Source: Octopus bimaculoides (taxonomy: Eukaryota). Taken from it: a stretch of 64,000 bases of DNA. The notes beneath the pieces are model-generated. The model was not told where the DNA came from. It saw only the letters and a list, made by a program, of their open reading frames with translations, and ran no database searches. This document shows positions 40,117-52,750 of this stretch, piece by piece. The stretch covers positions 798,728 through 862,727 of the forward strand of contig NC_068989.1 in NCBI RefSeq assembly GCF_001194135.2, in the 5' to 3' direction. Both the position numbers and the translations under genes were made by a program. Position 1 is the stretch's first letter, and each line of letters begins with the position of its first letter.

Positions 40117-43100
40117 TTAAGCCATGTGATCCTCTGCCAGTTTATTTACAAGGGAGGGTAAAGTCTTGGATCCCAACGTTTTCATATACATTTCTCTTTG
40201 GTCCACATCCAGAAACAATATTTTCCCTCCAGCTTTTGTATTATTCATTTGCATTACACATGAATTTTTGTGTAGTCGTTTCTCCTGCAGGCTTCAGTTG
40301 ATGTTTCAAGGCCCGAGTTGCATTATCAGTCTGTTTGTGCTTAGCTTTTCATTGAAGTTGGACAACCAACTAAGTGACCTCTAGGTCATCATGCCTTGTC
40401 ACTAACCTGGTGTTGTATCCCCTACCAAATCATTCAGCTCCCAACCACCAAGCCCATGGACGTTAAATTAGGGAACATGAAAAAGTATAATTCATTGATA
40501 CAACCAGGAGCAGCAATTAAAGACAGCTGATCACTTCAACCTTCTCCTGCAATAAACCAACACATCCTGTACACAGGAGGTATTTCTCATTTACTTGAAA
40601 CAAGACACTCAGCTGAAGGTCACACTTGCTCTTATCGATTCATTTCAGATCCTATCTATTTACTACTCATGTGTCAAGCAAATATAACTCCATATAACTT
40701 AATTCACATGATTCATTTAGTCTCAAGAAACAGAAACTGTTTGGTTTTCAACTGGAAAACAATAAACATAAACTGGCACAGACAGCAAACACATTAAGGA
40801 GTAATACGACATACCTGGTTGCAATTAGGCATTCAGAAAAGTAACTGAGCAAAAGAAACGAAGCAACTGCTTGAAGAAGGTTTCGTTTCATCTCTTTTCT
40901 GTAAAATGCAATGAAAATGAACCTAGGAACTTGTCTGAAAAACCTTCCCTAGTCAGACGAAGCATGTTCATTTGCTTTCTATGTCTCTTGTTTGTCTTTT
41001 ACTTGAAAGTAGAAACCTTTTGGTGTTGATCAGGTCAATTCTGATTAAGTATATGGATGAGCAAAGGCATTCCAACCATGACCATTTCATTTTTGTAAAC
41101 AAGTATGTCAGGGTGCTATTTCAGAGAAATTTCATAGCTATTTCTAGCAAGTCAGTTAGTTAATCTAGGAGGTGCTACCAAGAATAGAAAGACAAAGTGA
41201 AAAGAATACTAAGTGCTATGGTAACAAGACAGAACAATGTCCAGACCCACTATTCTTACAAACTCAGTATCTATACCATGTGTAAGTGTTGCTAGCATAA
41301 GCTTTTCTTTTCATCACTGAATTAGAATTAGAAGAACAAAGGGCAAACGAGACTTGTACAATAAAAGCGGAAGTAATGAAATAATATTGATTCAATCACT
41401 TGTGGTGTTCTCCTCCAGTAAAAATTAGTATTTTATCTGATGAATAGAAAAATCAATACTAATAAATATCTTGTCTTAAACTCTACTATGTTCCTGAGTA
41501 TTTATTCATTCTACGTCTGACACACACACACACATATGCATGACATTTAAATTTGAGCTTTTATTAGTTTCATGCTATCAAAACAATGATCTGACAAGCT
41601 TGTATAACACGCCATGAGTTTCTATACAACACAGCATACGGAGAAGAAGAAAGCCATATCTGGGTCCTGAAGGCTAACTACACACTACACACCATCAACT
41701 GGAGCATTGTGGAATGATTTGTGCCATACATTAATGATTCAAAGAGATGCAGGCTTTGTGAAGCTGAAATATCTCATAGCCATTTTAGATCTAAGAGCCT
41801 GTACTGACCTACTAAATTCCAGATCTGAAATTTATATTAAATGTAAGCCTCTGGACAAATTTCTTTTATTGAATTGGAAAACATCACCCTCTCTGAATTA
41901 AGCATGCAGTCTTACAAACTGACTTTCTCCCCATTGAATTAATTTACACCAACCAAATTCTGATTCAAATAGTCAGAGACACAGCTCTTAATTTTCTTTT
42001 TTTCTGTTTTCTCAGTCTGCTTTTTCTGTGTGTGTGTACCCTTCATTTTTACAACCATCATGTGATGGTTGTAAATGAGTATCACCCTCATCCAAATGAT
42101 GTTGTTCGTTCCCAGACTTCCATGAAAAACATGACCATCCCTGAGGAAATCTTGCCTCGCTTGGAAACATGTGAGCATTGGCAACAGTAAGGATATCCAG
42201 CCATAGAAAATCTTCAATAAATCCCATCTGACCCATGCAAGCATGGAAAAGCAGACGTTAAATGATGATAATGGCACACAGCAAATCTTTGCAAAGGAAC
42301 ACTTTATATATTACTGGTTTTTACCAAGATTTGGGAGAGGAAAGAAATGTTGACCTCAACCAGGATTTGAACTCAGAATAATCACTCCTAAATATATAAC
42401 CAATCCAGTGTTCAGCAACTGAGGTCATCTTTTATGACGTTTTCGTGATGTTTCTTTTACGTAGAAACAATATTTGTGGATGAAGGGAAAATGCGTTCAA
42501 GTTGGTAAACAGGAAATGCACACTTGATTTCACAACTACTTTATTTCTTATAAGTGTTTGTACTTGTCCCCCCCCACTTGACAACCAGTGTCAGGAGGTT
42601 TATGTCCCGATAACTTAGCAGTTCAACAAAAGGGATCAATATGATAAGTACCAAGCTTTAAAAAAAATAAATAAGTACTGGGGTTGGTTTATTTGATTAA
42701 GCAGTTTTCAAGGTGGTGCTCCAGCATGGCCACAATCTAATGACTGAAACAAGTAAAAGATGAATGATATAAATATAAGTTTGTTGTTGTTGTTGAGTTG
42801 TAGACCAAAGCCAACTCCTCAAACATTTGGCCAAAAGTATTCCAATCATGATTATCTTGTGTTTTACTTAAGCATCGTCTACCTAGGATTACATTACCCA
42901 ATGTGCAGCCTTCCATTTTTTTAGGACACTAGGGTGTGGTCTGAGGGTTGTTATTGTTTGTTGCCAATGAATTGACTGAACCCCCCCCCCCCAACTAATT
43001 GTATTGGTCTGAAAGAAAGTTTTGAAACAAGAAGAACAGAAATAAATCTTGTTAGATGCTTTGTTTTGTCATTCATCTACTTCACCACATCTTATTTTAT

Positions 43101-43705
43101 ATACATTGATATGAAACTCTAAATTAAACCTACAACCACAAATTTAATTTGGGGGGAAATGAGATGATGTGACAATCATCCTCTTCTCAAGATCACTGAA
43201 ATGCAAGTAGAAACACTCATTATTATGGTATATACTTTTAACATGTTGTGTACTCTACCAGAACATTCTCACATCAACAGCCTTAGCTGCTCTTCAACAC
43301 CAGACCTCACTCAGACAAACGCCAGTACCAACAGGTTCTTCATGTTCTCTTTTGAGTCACTGTTACTCTATTACTACCACTGTTACTCTACTACTACCAC
43401 TGTTACTCTACTACTACCACTGGTTTCACCACTACAACTCTGAAATTAGCCCAATGCCTCTGTAAATGCCATGCTCCAGCTTCCCTTAACGCTCTGCGTG
43501 TGTGTGTGTACATCACTGGGGCTTTTACATGGTCTCTCAATAGAAATAGCAGCCAAGGCCCCTCAAATCACATATTATCATCTTAAGTACAGTAGTGTGG
43601 GATACATCAGATAATGTCATTGTATATATCCCTAAAAAAAGACAAGAAGGCCCTTACAGCTGCAACAGTTTTGATCTGCTGGATCAGTGCTGACTCAGAG
43701 CTAAG

Positions 43706-43828
43706 CACTAACATAGCTAGGAGTTGGGGGGGGGGGGCGTCCACCCCAGGTGGCATTTTGGGTCTGCTATAGGCAATATGTATCTTTTGTGGGGTCCAGG
43801 GGCAGCATACACTCTAGCTATGCTAGTG
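43706..43828. mobile_element. 123-bp MITE with 15-bp TIR and probable 8-bp TSD (hAT-like)
   Basis: CACTAACATAGCTAG...CTAGCTATGCTAGTG; flanks GAGCTAAG / AAGCTAAG. Confidence 0.75.
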
Positions 43829-44379
43829 AAGCTAAGCAACAACAACACTATAACAGTGAAATCATACCATGATGTTTCAAAAAACCAATTGAATGAGATA
43901 AGTTCATGAAATATAATCTAATATGGTCCTGACATATTTGGCAGTCTACCAAATCTCTGTACTATTGTTCCAGTGAGAATCTCTGATATTTTTACAGAGA
44001 AGTACTCTAAAAGTACAATTTGGTTGGCAACCAGTATATAAAAGTATATAAATAACAGTTTTGGAATTTTGTGCTTTTTATAACTGTTCTATTCAAATTA
44101 TAATTTGTATGGTAATGCACTTTTTCAAAAACTGAACAGCTTCTGGTAGTCACAAACTATCATTTATCAAAAAGCCTTCTAACAACACAAGGAATTTCAA
44201 AATAGTTTTGCATTTCTTTGACTATTTCAGTCCCATTACAATAATTCTTTGGATGCATTTTTACAAGTAAAATCTTGCAGAAGAGTTTCTGAGAGATTTT
44301 TTAGATCAATTTTCAAAGCTCAAAACAGGTTTTTTTAAATAAATAATGGATTATAGATTAAAACAGAGTGGATTTTTCA

Positions 44380-45300
44380 TCTTTTACTTGTTTCACTCAT
44401 TAGACTATGGTCATGCTGGGGCATCATCATCATCATCATCGTTTAACGTCCGCTTTCCATGCTAGCATGGGTTGGACGATTTGACTGAGGACTGGTGCAA
44501 CCGGATGGCTACACCAGGCTCCAATCTAATTTGGCACAGTTTCTACAGCTGGATGCCCTTCCTAACGCCAACCACTCAGAGAGTGTAGTGGGTGCTTTTA
44601 CGTGTCACCCGCACGAAAACGGCCACGCTCGAAATGGTGTCTTTTATGTGCCACCCGCACAAGCCAGTCCAGGGGCACTGGCAACGATCTCACTCGAAAA
44701 TCCTACGGGAGCCAGTCAGGNNNNNNNNNNNNNNNNNNNNNNNNNNNNNNNNNNNNNNNNNNNNNNNNNNNNNNNNNNNNNNNNNNNNNNNNNNNNNNNN
44801 NNNNNNNNNNNNNNNNNNNNNNNNNNNNNNNNNNNNNNNNNNNNNNNNNNNNNNNNNNNNNNNNNNNNNNNNNNNNNNNNNNNNNNNNNNNNNNNNNNNN
44901 NNNNNNNNNNNNNNNNNNNNNNNNNNNNNNNNNNNNNNNNNNNNNNNNNNNNNNNNNNNNNNNNNNNNNNNNNNNNNGGTGAGGCCCAATGTACAATCAC
45001 GCTAAAGAATTTTTTTTTAGTAAAATGAGTTGACCCCAGTACTATTTTTTAAAGCCTCGTACCTATTGTATCAGTCTCTTTTGCTGACATTGACACACCA
45101 ACACCAGTTGTCAAGGGGGGGGGGGCACAGACATACATGTATATGCAATGGGCTTCTTTCAGTTTCCATCAACCAAATCCACACGTTGTTCGGCCTGAGG
45201 CTATGGTAGAAGACATTTACCTAAAATGCCACACAATGGGACTGATCCTGCAACCATGTGCTTGAGATGCAAGCTTCTTACCACATGGCCACGTCTGCAC
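44380..45300 (-). mobile_element. SINE family A interrupted by a young RTE-tailed element (about 44423-44995, partly in an N gap)
   Basis: The SINE tail stops at ...catgctggggca and resumes after the gap at aagaattttt...tag; the insert starts (catcat)n cgtttaacgtccgctttccatgctagcatggg. Confidence 0.75.
44721..44977. other. Assembly gap (N run); other gaps at 29936-29951, 48915-49240 and 50230-50239
   Basis: Runs of n. Confidence 0.99.
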
Positions 45301-46244
45301 CTTTTGAAGTGGGACATTTATTTTTGCACTAACTTCTTTACTTTCAAATATTGAAGAACAAACTCGAGTTAATGCTTTTGATTGTAAACTTTAGATGTAT
45401 CTAAGTATAAACTGCATCTATAGTTTAGATTAAATTTTAACTAAATCTATATTTTAGTGAACAGTGACATACAGCAAAGAAAAATCTATTTTTTTGCTTT
45501 AATATGTTGTTGTTACCATGGAAATCGAAGCAACTATTTTTCACAGCAAATATAAATTATTTGTTATAAAGTAATTTGAGATACAAGCTAGAGGTTATGC
45601 TTTACCTTAATCTTTACTACAAACAAAAATAGAACTATTACACGTTTCAGGCTATAGTTAACAACATGTGCAATGATTTTGTCTGATAAATGATGTTTAT
45701 TATACAAACATTACAACAATACTAAGCTAATGAGGTTGTAACTATGTCAGCAGCCGTTCTCAACTGCATCTTCTCGAGCATCCTTCTGACAGTCTTCCCT
45801 CTATAAATACATTTTTCTTTAACTGACTTGTGTTTTACTGTTTTTTGGTGTGGATCCCTAAAAAAATTCAGGTTTTAGATTTGGCTCAGATATTAAAAAA
45901 GGTTGAGAACCACTGATCTGTGTGATCACTCGACCTGCTAGAAATAGCAGCCAAATCTTACTAAAATTTTACCTTAAAAAATAATGACACATTTGACAAT
46001 ATAGCCGTGAGTCTATAAAATATCAGGACAAAGCTAGAACACGTTTGACTGATCACAGATCTGATTGATAAAGGATCAGTTGGGGTGAAGAGTAACACAC
46101 ACACACACACATTGTTTATTTACACCAACAGAAAATTTATAAACCACTGAATGAATGAAAGAAAATTTAAGAATGAATCAAAAACAAATTTCTTTTCAAA
46201 GAACAAAAATATTAGTCGCTGTTGTTGTTTGCAATAATGATTGA

Positions 46245-47255
46245 TGGGGTGACGGAAAGTGCAAGAGAGGGATGGATAATGGAGATAGTGTATGTGGATG
46301 ATCTTGTTCAGGTGAGTGAGACGATGGAGGGATGAGGGAGCAGTTTTGGAAATGGAAGGAGGCGTTTGAAAGCAAGGGTTTGAAGGCAAACCTCAGGAAG
46401 ACAAAGGTGATGGTGAGTGGGGTGGAAGGAGAAGTGTTAGTGAGTAAGGTGGATCCATGTGGTGTGTGTGGGAGGAGGTGTAATGGCAGATGTGGTGTTG
46501 TGTACGAGGTGTGAGAAATGGATTCATGGTAGATATACGAAAATGAAGAATGTGACCCCTCAAGACTGGCAAGAGAGTCTGTTTGTGGAAGATGTGAAAA
46601 AGGAGCTGGAGGGCTGGCAGAACCAGTGGAAACATTATGTGACAAGGTGGAGACGGTGAGAGGGTTGTGTTTTTTGGGAGATAGGGTGGGTGTAAGTGGT
46701 AGATGTGAAGCAGCTGCGACAGCAAGAGCAAGACTTGGCTGGGTGAAGTTCAGGGAATGTGGAGCATTGTTATATGGGAAGGGGTTCTCATTGAAGATGA
46801 AAGGAAGGGTCTATAGGAGTTGTGTGAGAGCTGCAATGCTGTATGGGAGTGAGATATGGTGTCTGAGGGAGGGAGAGAGATGGCAAGTTTGAGAAGAATG
46901 AAGAGACAAATGTGTGGTGTGAAGCTGTTTGATAAGAGGACTGAGGACTTGATGGGGATGTTGGGGTTGGAGGAATTGGTGGAATGGTTGGCAAGGGTGA
47001 ATGGAGTGAGGTGGTATGGGCATGTGTTGAGGAGGGATGAGGGGCATGTTTTGAGGAGGGTGATTGCGTTTGAGGTAAATGGAGCGTGAAAGCGAGTAGA
47101 CTGAGGAAAAAGGTGGAGATTAGGAGGGTTAGCTTGAGAAGGGAAGATGCCCAAAACCAGGCAAGATGGTGTGAGGGTGGTTGCTATGGCATTGAGGTAG
47201 ATCCACCCACCCTCATTAACAGGGACAAAACCCTGATTTAAAACACTAGATGATG
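46245..47255 (+). mobile_element. RTE-clade LINE 3' fragment
   Basis: YVDDLV..., WKEAFESKGLKANLRKTKVM, FCFLGD, ARLGWVKFREC..LLYGK.FSLKMKGRVYRSCVR.AMLYGSE.W, RWYGHVLRRDE; GATGATGATAAT tail. Confidence 0.92.
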
Positions 47256-47775
47256 ATAATGATGATTACTTAAATTGCCAATGTTGATCTACAAATCAAC
47301 AATAACAGCAAGTTTCACAATAGAAGAACATAGAGTAAGAATATGAAGAAACATGTTCTTAGTATTTACGTCTGTAAATAGTAAGACATGAATACTGAAT
47401 TAAATGCAATCCCCTACCAGAAAAAAAAGAAAAGAAAAAGAACAACTTATGAATATAACATAATGAAGGATCTGCTTACATTAAGTGTTGTCAAATCAGT
47501 GAAGATGAGAACCAACAAGAATTGTGTTGCGGGTGCTGTGAGAAGTACAACTCAAGTATTCTCAACTACCAGAATATTTATAATTTCCTTCTGCACTCAG
47601 CATTCTTCTTCACATTCTACATAAAAGAGCATTCACTGATTTCTGGCACAGCCCTATCATCATAACAAATAATTATTTCTAATCTTAATACAAATAACAA
47701 AAATGTAGTCTGTATGTATAAGTAGTATGTTAATGTGTGCATATACACACACACACACACAAACTCACACATATA

Positions 47776-47892
47776 GGTGTGGGTACAGGTGCAGGCAACA
47801 CAGTGTGGTAAGAAGCTTGCTTCCCAACCACATAGTTCCAGGTTCAGCCCCACTGCATGGCACCTTAGGTAGACAGAAACTGAAAGAAGCCC
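47776..47892 (+). mobile_element. SINE family A head, internally deleted
   Basis: gtgtggtaagaagcttgcttcccaaccacatagttccaggttcagccccactgcatggcacctt. Confidence 0.75.
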
Positions 47893-47904
47893 TTCATATA
47901 TCTC

Positions 47905-48245
47905 AAGACTCAAGAATTGCCACATGGTAGTTCAATTTCAATTTCGATTTCACTTGCCCCAACAGGTCTTCGCAAGCAGAGTTTAGTGTCCAATGAAGGA
48001 AAGGTACACATAAGTGGGCTGACTACACCACTGGCAAAGGCCATGGGTTATGGTCTCACTTGGCTTGCTGGGTCTTCTCACGCACATCATATTTCGAAAG
48101 GTCTCAGTCACTAGTCATTGCCTCAGTGAGGCCTAATTTTCAAAGGTCGTGCTTCACCACCTCATCCCAGGTTCCCTCAACTGCTAGGGTGTGACACTTT
48201 TTCACACAGCTATCCTCATCCATTCTCGCCACATGAGCAGGAAGT
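47905..48245 (-). mobile_element. RTE LINE 3' end fragment
   Basis: Minus strand HVARMDEDSCVKKCHTLAVEG..WDEVVKHD...LGLTEAMTSD. Confidence 0.8.
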
Positions 48246-49652
48246 TGGTATTCCTCCAATACATGTCATACATGTTTCTTTATTCAGTAATTAATTAATG
48301 TTGTTACACTACAAATGCAGTTCAGACGTGCAACTTAACAGTGAATCCGACCAACCATATCTTTGATTCAGGGTTTTATTACAGATCACAAACATGAAAT
48401 TGTCTTGCATAAGTTCCCCCCACCACCACCACGAGACACACAAAGCCAGCGGGGAGTAGGGGAGGTAGGATGGGGGTTTTGTCTTATTCATGGCAACAAA
48501 TGTATAGTGATACAGATTACAAAGTGGGTATCGGTCACCAAATGAAATGTTGAGACATAGGTCAAGTAGTTTGAGTTTACTGAAAGAAAGCCAGCTGAGC
48601 AAATAGATATTGTATGAAGGTAGGTAGAGAAGGTGTTGTGAACTGGGTGAGGTGTGTGTCTGTGTTTGATGGGGTGTGCGAGACAGAAATTGTGGTGTGT
48701 ATGTGAAGTTCTTTTGTTAGTGTGTGTGAAGAGACAGAGAGAGAACAATGGTGCTGGTGCATGTGTGAGAGAGAGAGAGAGAGAGATAGATGAAATTGGA
48801 AAGACTTCCTACAAAAAGTGAATAAAAATAATTTCCAGTTATCTTTCTTTCTCTCTCTCTCTCTCATACACACACACCAACACCATTACTCTTTCTGTCT
48901 CGCACACCCCACCANNNNNNNNNNNNNNNNNNNNNNNNNNNNNNNNNNNNNNNNNNNNNNNNNNNNNNNNNNNNNNNNNNNNNNNNNNNNNNNNNNNNNN
49001 NNNNNNNNNNNNNNNNNNNNNNNNNNNNNNNNNNNNNNNNNNNNNNNNNNNNNNNNNNNNNNNNNNNNNNNNNNNNNNNNNNNNNNNNNNNNNNNNNNNN
49101 NNNNNNNNNNNNNNNNNNNNNNNNNNNNNNNNNNNNNNNNNNNNNNNNNNNNNNNNNNNNNNNNNNNNNNNNNNNNNNNNNNNNNNNNNNNNNNNNNNNN
49201 NNNNNNNNNNNNNNNNNNNNNNNNNNNNNNNNNNNNNNNNTGTCCTTGTATACAGTCCAACACACATCTATACATGTATATACAATGGCTGACACTTTAT
49301 CCACAGACTAACATCAGTTAAAAGTGTCCCAAATTGTATATTCATCAACTTAATAACAGGTTGTGTTAGAAAGTTATTTAGGGAGACCCAGCTGGATGAA
49401 TATTCGGACATATGGAAAGTGGCATACACCTCTGTATAAACTTATATTTTGACATGTATACAAATAGACATCCCCATATATAATTGTACACACACACACA
49501 CACACACACACAGATATACGACATTTTAAAAAATATATTTAAGCAGAAATATTCCAATTCATGTATATAAAAACATAGACTCATATCAAACATAAGGACA
49601 GAGTCAAAGAAGTGCAAATATTTCAGATTTTATGTTTTATTGTGTGTGTGTA

Positions 49653-49903
49653 TTGGGTTGGTGCATAATTATTGTGGCATTTTTTCAATAAATTTTATTC
49701 AACAAAAACAATGACAACATGTAACAAAAACATCTTTAAATGACGGTCTGACTGTCTGCCAAGCAAATGGGAAGCAGTAATTGAAGTAGATGGTGAATAT
49801 GCTCCAGAATAATCATTTAAAGATGTTTTTGTTACATGTTATGATTGTTTTTATTGAATAAAATTTGTTGTAAAAAAGCCGAAATAATTATGCACCAACC
49901 CAA
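49653..49903. mobile_element. Mariner-derived MITE with long TIRs and TA TSD
   Basis: TA|TTGGGTTGGTGCATAATTATT...AATAATTATGCACCAACCCAA|TA; arms pair for about 90 bp; centre encodes LPSKWEAVIEVDGEYAPE*, resembling a mariner transposase C-terminus. Confidence 0.9.
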
Positions 49904-49944
49904 TATATATATAAAGGTAAGGGTCTAAAGGTAAAGGAGCCAGA

Positions 49945-50690
49945 ACAATGTATGGTAACTACAGAAGTATTTCTCTGCTATCAGCTGCTGGCAAGGTTCT
50001 GGCAAATATTCTTCTTACCTGCCTGAATGGGTGTCTCGTAAATGGTGTCCTATCTGAATCTCAATGTGGCTTCCGATCTGGTAGAGGGACAATGGATATG
50101 ATTTTCACAGCAAGACAGATGCAGGAGAAGTGATATGAGCAGAATATGGATCTTGTCCAGGTATTCATTGATTTAACAAAGGCCTTTGATACTGTAAATA
50201 GGGCCTCCTTATGGAAAATACTTGGCAAANNNNNNNNNNCATCCTTGCCCCAACTCTCCTTTGTACTTTGCTGCTGTTTTTACTCCTGCTTTTGTTAAGG
50301 TTAGCACTCTGGGAAATAACATGCAAATACTTATGAATCATATTTCTACTTCTTGCAAGGCATTTGAACTCAGCATTAGCCTGGACAAGACTGTTGTAAT
50401 GTTCCAGCCTGCACTAGGAAATCCTTATGTGGAACCAGCTATCTTCGTTGAAGGAACAATACTGGAAATGGTAGACAAGTTTGGCTACCTGGGCAGCACA
50501 CTCAGCTGTTCTTGCTTCCTGGATGAAGAAATACCTTTCAGGCTGCAAAGAGCAGCTGATTCCTTCTGGTCTCTTGAGTCTTGTGTCTGGTCCCCAACAT
50601 GGCATCACAACGCACACAAAAATTGCTGTGTACCGTGCATGTGTACTGACATCGCTCCTGGAACACTTGTTTGCAGTCATGTATGCTTGT
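49945..50690 (+). mobile_element. RTE (BovB-like) reverse transcriptase fragment spanning a small gap
   Basis: YRSISLLSAAGKVLANILL, LSESQCGFRSGRGTMDMIFTARQMQEK, VFIDLTKAFDTVNR, ISLDKTVVMFQP, VDKFGYLGSTLS. Confidence 0.92.
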
Positions 50691-50760
50691 CAAGAGCAAG
50701 GCTCATTGGCCACCAACGGTGCCACAAATGCAAAAGATAAGTTAGTCCTAGAGCGCACTC

Positions 50761-50936
50761 CATCACATATGAAAAATGTCATTGCTTAAATGGCAGCCGT
50801 TTTCGGCTTCGTACACCCGTACTCTTTCCAAAACTTGCACCATAACAGCCTCAAGAATTTCAGACCCCACTTCTCTTTTGGGTATCCCCACGAGAAAAAA
50901 ATCTGGGCTAGTCAAGTCTGGGGAACATGAAAGCCA
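50761..50936 (-). mobile_element. Inverted, internally deleted copy of the DD41D segment
   Basis: Reverse complement of 51063-51305 lacking 68 nt between two AAGAGA words. Confidence 0.85.
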
Positions 50937-50939
50937 TTC

Positions 50940-51446
50940 AAAGTAGACCTCATGCATGGTTCCAGCAAGATGGGGGCAACTGCTCATACCACAAGAGAAA
51001 CAATGCAGTTGCTACAGCAGTGCTTTGGGGAGAGAATTATCTCCCGCTACAGCAATGACATCTGGCCTTCACGTTCCCCAGACTTGACTCGTCTGGATTT
51101 TTTCCTGTGGGGATTCCTGAAAGAGAGGGTTTATGTCAACAAACCAAAGACTCTGGTGCAACTGAAGGAGAACATCAATAGAGAAAATAAGAGAAGTGGG
51201 GTCTGAAACTCTTGAGGTTGTTATGGTGCAAGTTTTGGAAAGAGCATGGGTGTGTGAAACCGAAAATAGCTGCCATTTAAGCGATGTCATTTTTCATTTG
51301 TGATGTAGTAGTATTGCAAAATTTAACTTGGACATATTAATTTCCATTATGTTCTTTTATATTGTATCAAAATTTCATGTATTTATCTGTAAACTGAAGG
51401 AAGTTACTAAAAATTGAAACCCATCAGTGACTTTTGGGACACCCTG
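50940..51446 (+). mobile_element. Tc1/mariner DD41D (rosa-type) transposase 3' remnant with right TIR
   Basis: WFQQDG(+1 nt)ATAH...WPSRSPDLTRLDFFLWGFLKERVY; 41 residues between the 2nd and 3rd catalytic Asp; ends GACTTTTGGGACACCCTG|TA. Confidence 0.88.
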
Positions 51447-51464
51447 TATGTGGCCTTACAAGAA

Positions 51465-52015
51465 TTTTTTTCTAAATATGCTTAGTAAGTAATATCCCTC
51501 AATCAGCTTTGGCCTATATTGGGATGATGCCTTAGCCCTATAGAGGAGGGCAAATAGCCACACACTCAATAGGCTTAAGAAGGATCTAACCCTTAATTCT
51601 CTTGCACCCAAGGTCACAATATGGACCAACCTGAAAGTGGTTGATTCCATGAATGTGACATCAAACCTAAACACTGGCACCTATAAAACCCTTTCAAAAA
51701 ACCAAATGAGAGGCTGACATATATTAATACAGCTTACTGTCATCCAACTATAGTTTTCGGGAACTTAGTTAAGGGAGTTAGCAAAAGTATCTCCAACCTA
51801 TCTTTGAGCTAAGAGATCTTCAATGCCATGGCCCTAATTGCCAGTGATTTCAAGGATAAGATTAATTCTATGCCTGATCCTAACCTGAACAGGAAATCTC
51901 ACTCTAAAATGTTTATCATTTACATCTCCATTTCCATCAAAGTAAAAATTTGTGAAGGTAAGATATTCCTCAGTTTGGTTGACAAACCTGCTCCTCACCT
52001 AGCATTAAAGGAAAT
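51465..52015 (+). mobile_element. Penelope-like retroelement RT remnant
   Basis: Degenerate GLYWDDAL (for YRDD), TIWTNLKVVD.MNVT.NL.TGTYKP, KPNE.L.YINT...HP, FLSLVDK. Confidence 0.75.
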
Positions 52016-52084
52016 ATAAGGAAGTAGGCCCCCAACCTAGAACAGAAGCAACACCCCATGCTCACTAAAATGGCCAATGCAATC

Positions 52085-52750
52085 CAGAAACCATTGTGCA
52101 TGAGGTAGACGTGGTATTGAAGAAATTTTGTGGAAGGTTCTCAGCCCCTTCTTATTCATGATAATCCTACAGGCCATCAAAGAGGAATTTTAAGACCTGA
52201 TGTACATAGAACCTTCTATATGCTGATGATCAAAGCCAAATCTATAGAGAAATTGGAGAGGAAATTCCAGGCATGGAAGTGAAACCTAGAATTGAGAAGC
52301 CTTGAAGTAAACTTAACAAAGACTAAAATCTTTAGTGAGTAGGAAAGAAGATAGAGGGGCTTTACTCAGTATCCAGGAAAGTAGGTATAAACTCTGTACA
52401 TAGAACCCAATATATGAATACCCTAGAGGTAATGTGAAATCACAAGCAAACTATCAGAGTAAGGGTGGTTCATATTTAACAAATGCTTTGGAGCAGTACG
52501 TACTACGAGCACACAAGAAATAGTTGCCATTACATACCCGGACGTCTTACTAGACGCAGTCAATGGCTTTTGTTACTTAGGAGACAAAAATTAGAAGGGG
52601 TGGGGGCAGTTGCTCAGAGGGTACAATAATAGCCAGGGTAGGAAGAGGTTAAAAGTTCAAGGTTACTACTTCTGCTGGTGACAAAGGCCTTTTCTCTCAG
52701 AATGAAGGACAGATTGTATAAGGCTTGTGTTTGAACTGGATGACAATGTC
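52085..52750 (+). mobile_element. Decayed RTE LINE RT fragment
   Basis: LSPFLF.IIL.AIKEEF, LLYADD, RKFQAW, VNLTKTK, FCYLGD, LLVTKAFSLRMK.RLYKACV read across frameshifts. Confidence 0.8.

Noticed and set aside
43706-43828. CACTA-superfamily element (ends CACTA...TAGTG, 3-bp AAG flank)
   Set aside because: The flanks match over 7 of 8 bp, which fits an 8-bp TSD better; the 3-bp match may be coincidental.
44495-45028. ORFs of 94-177 aa
   Set aside because: Open only because they run through the N gap; flanks are repeat sequence. The same applies to 48818-49321.
46196-47154. Minus-strand Ser/Pro/His-rich ORFs (112-149 aa)
   Set aside because: Antisense shadows of the plus-strand RTE fragment.
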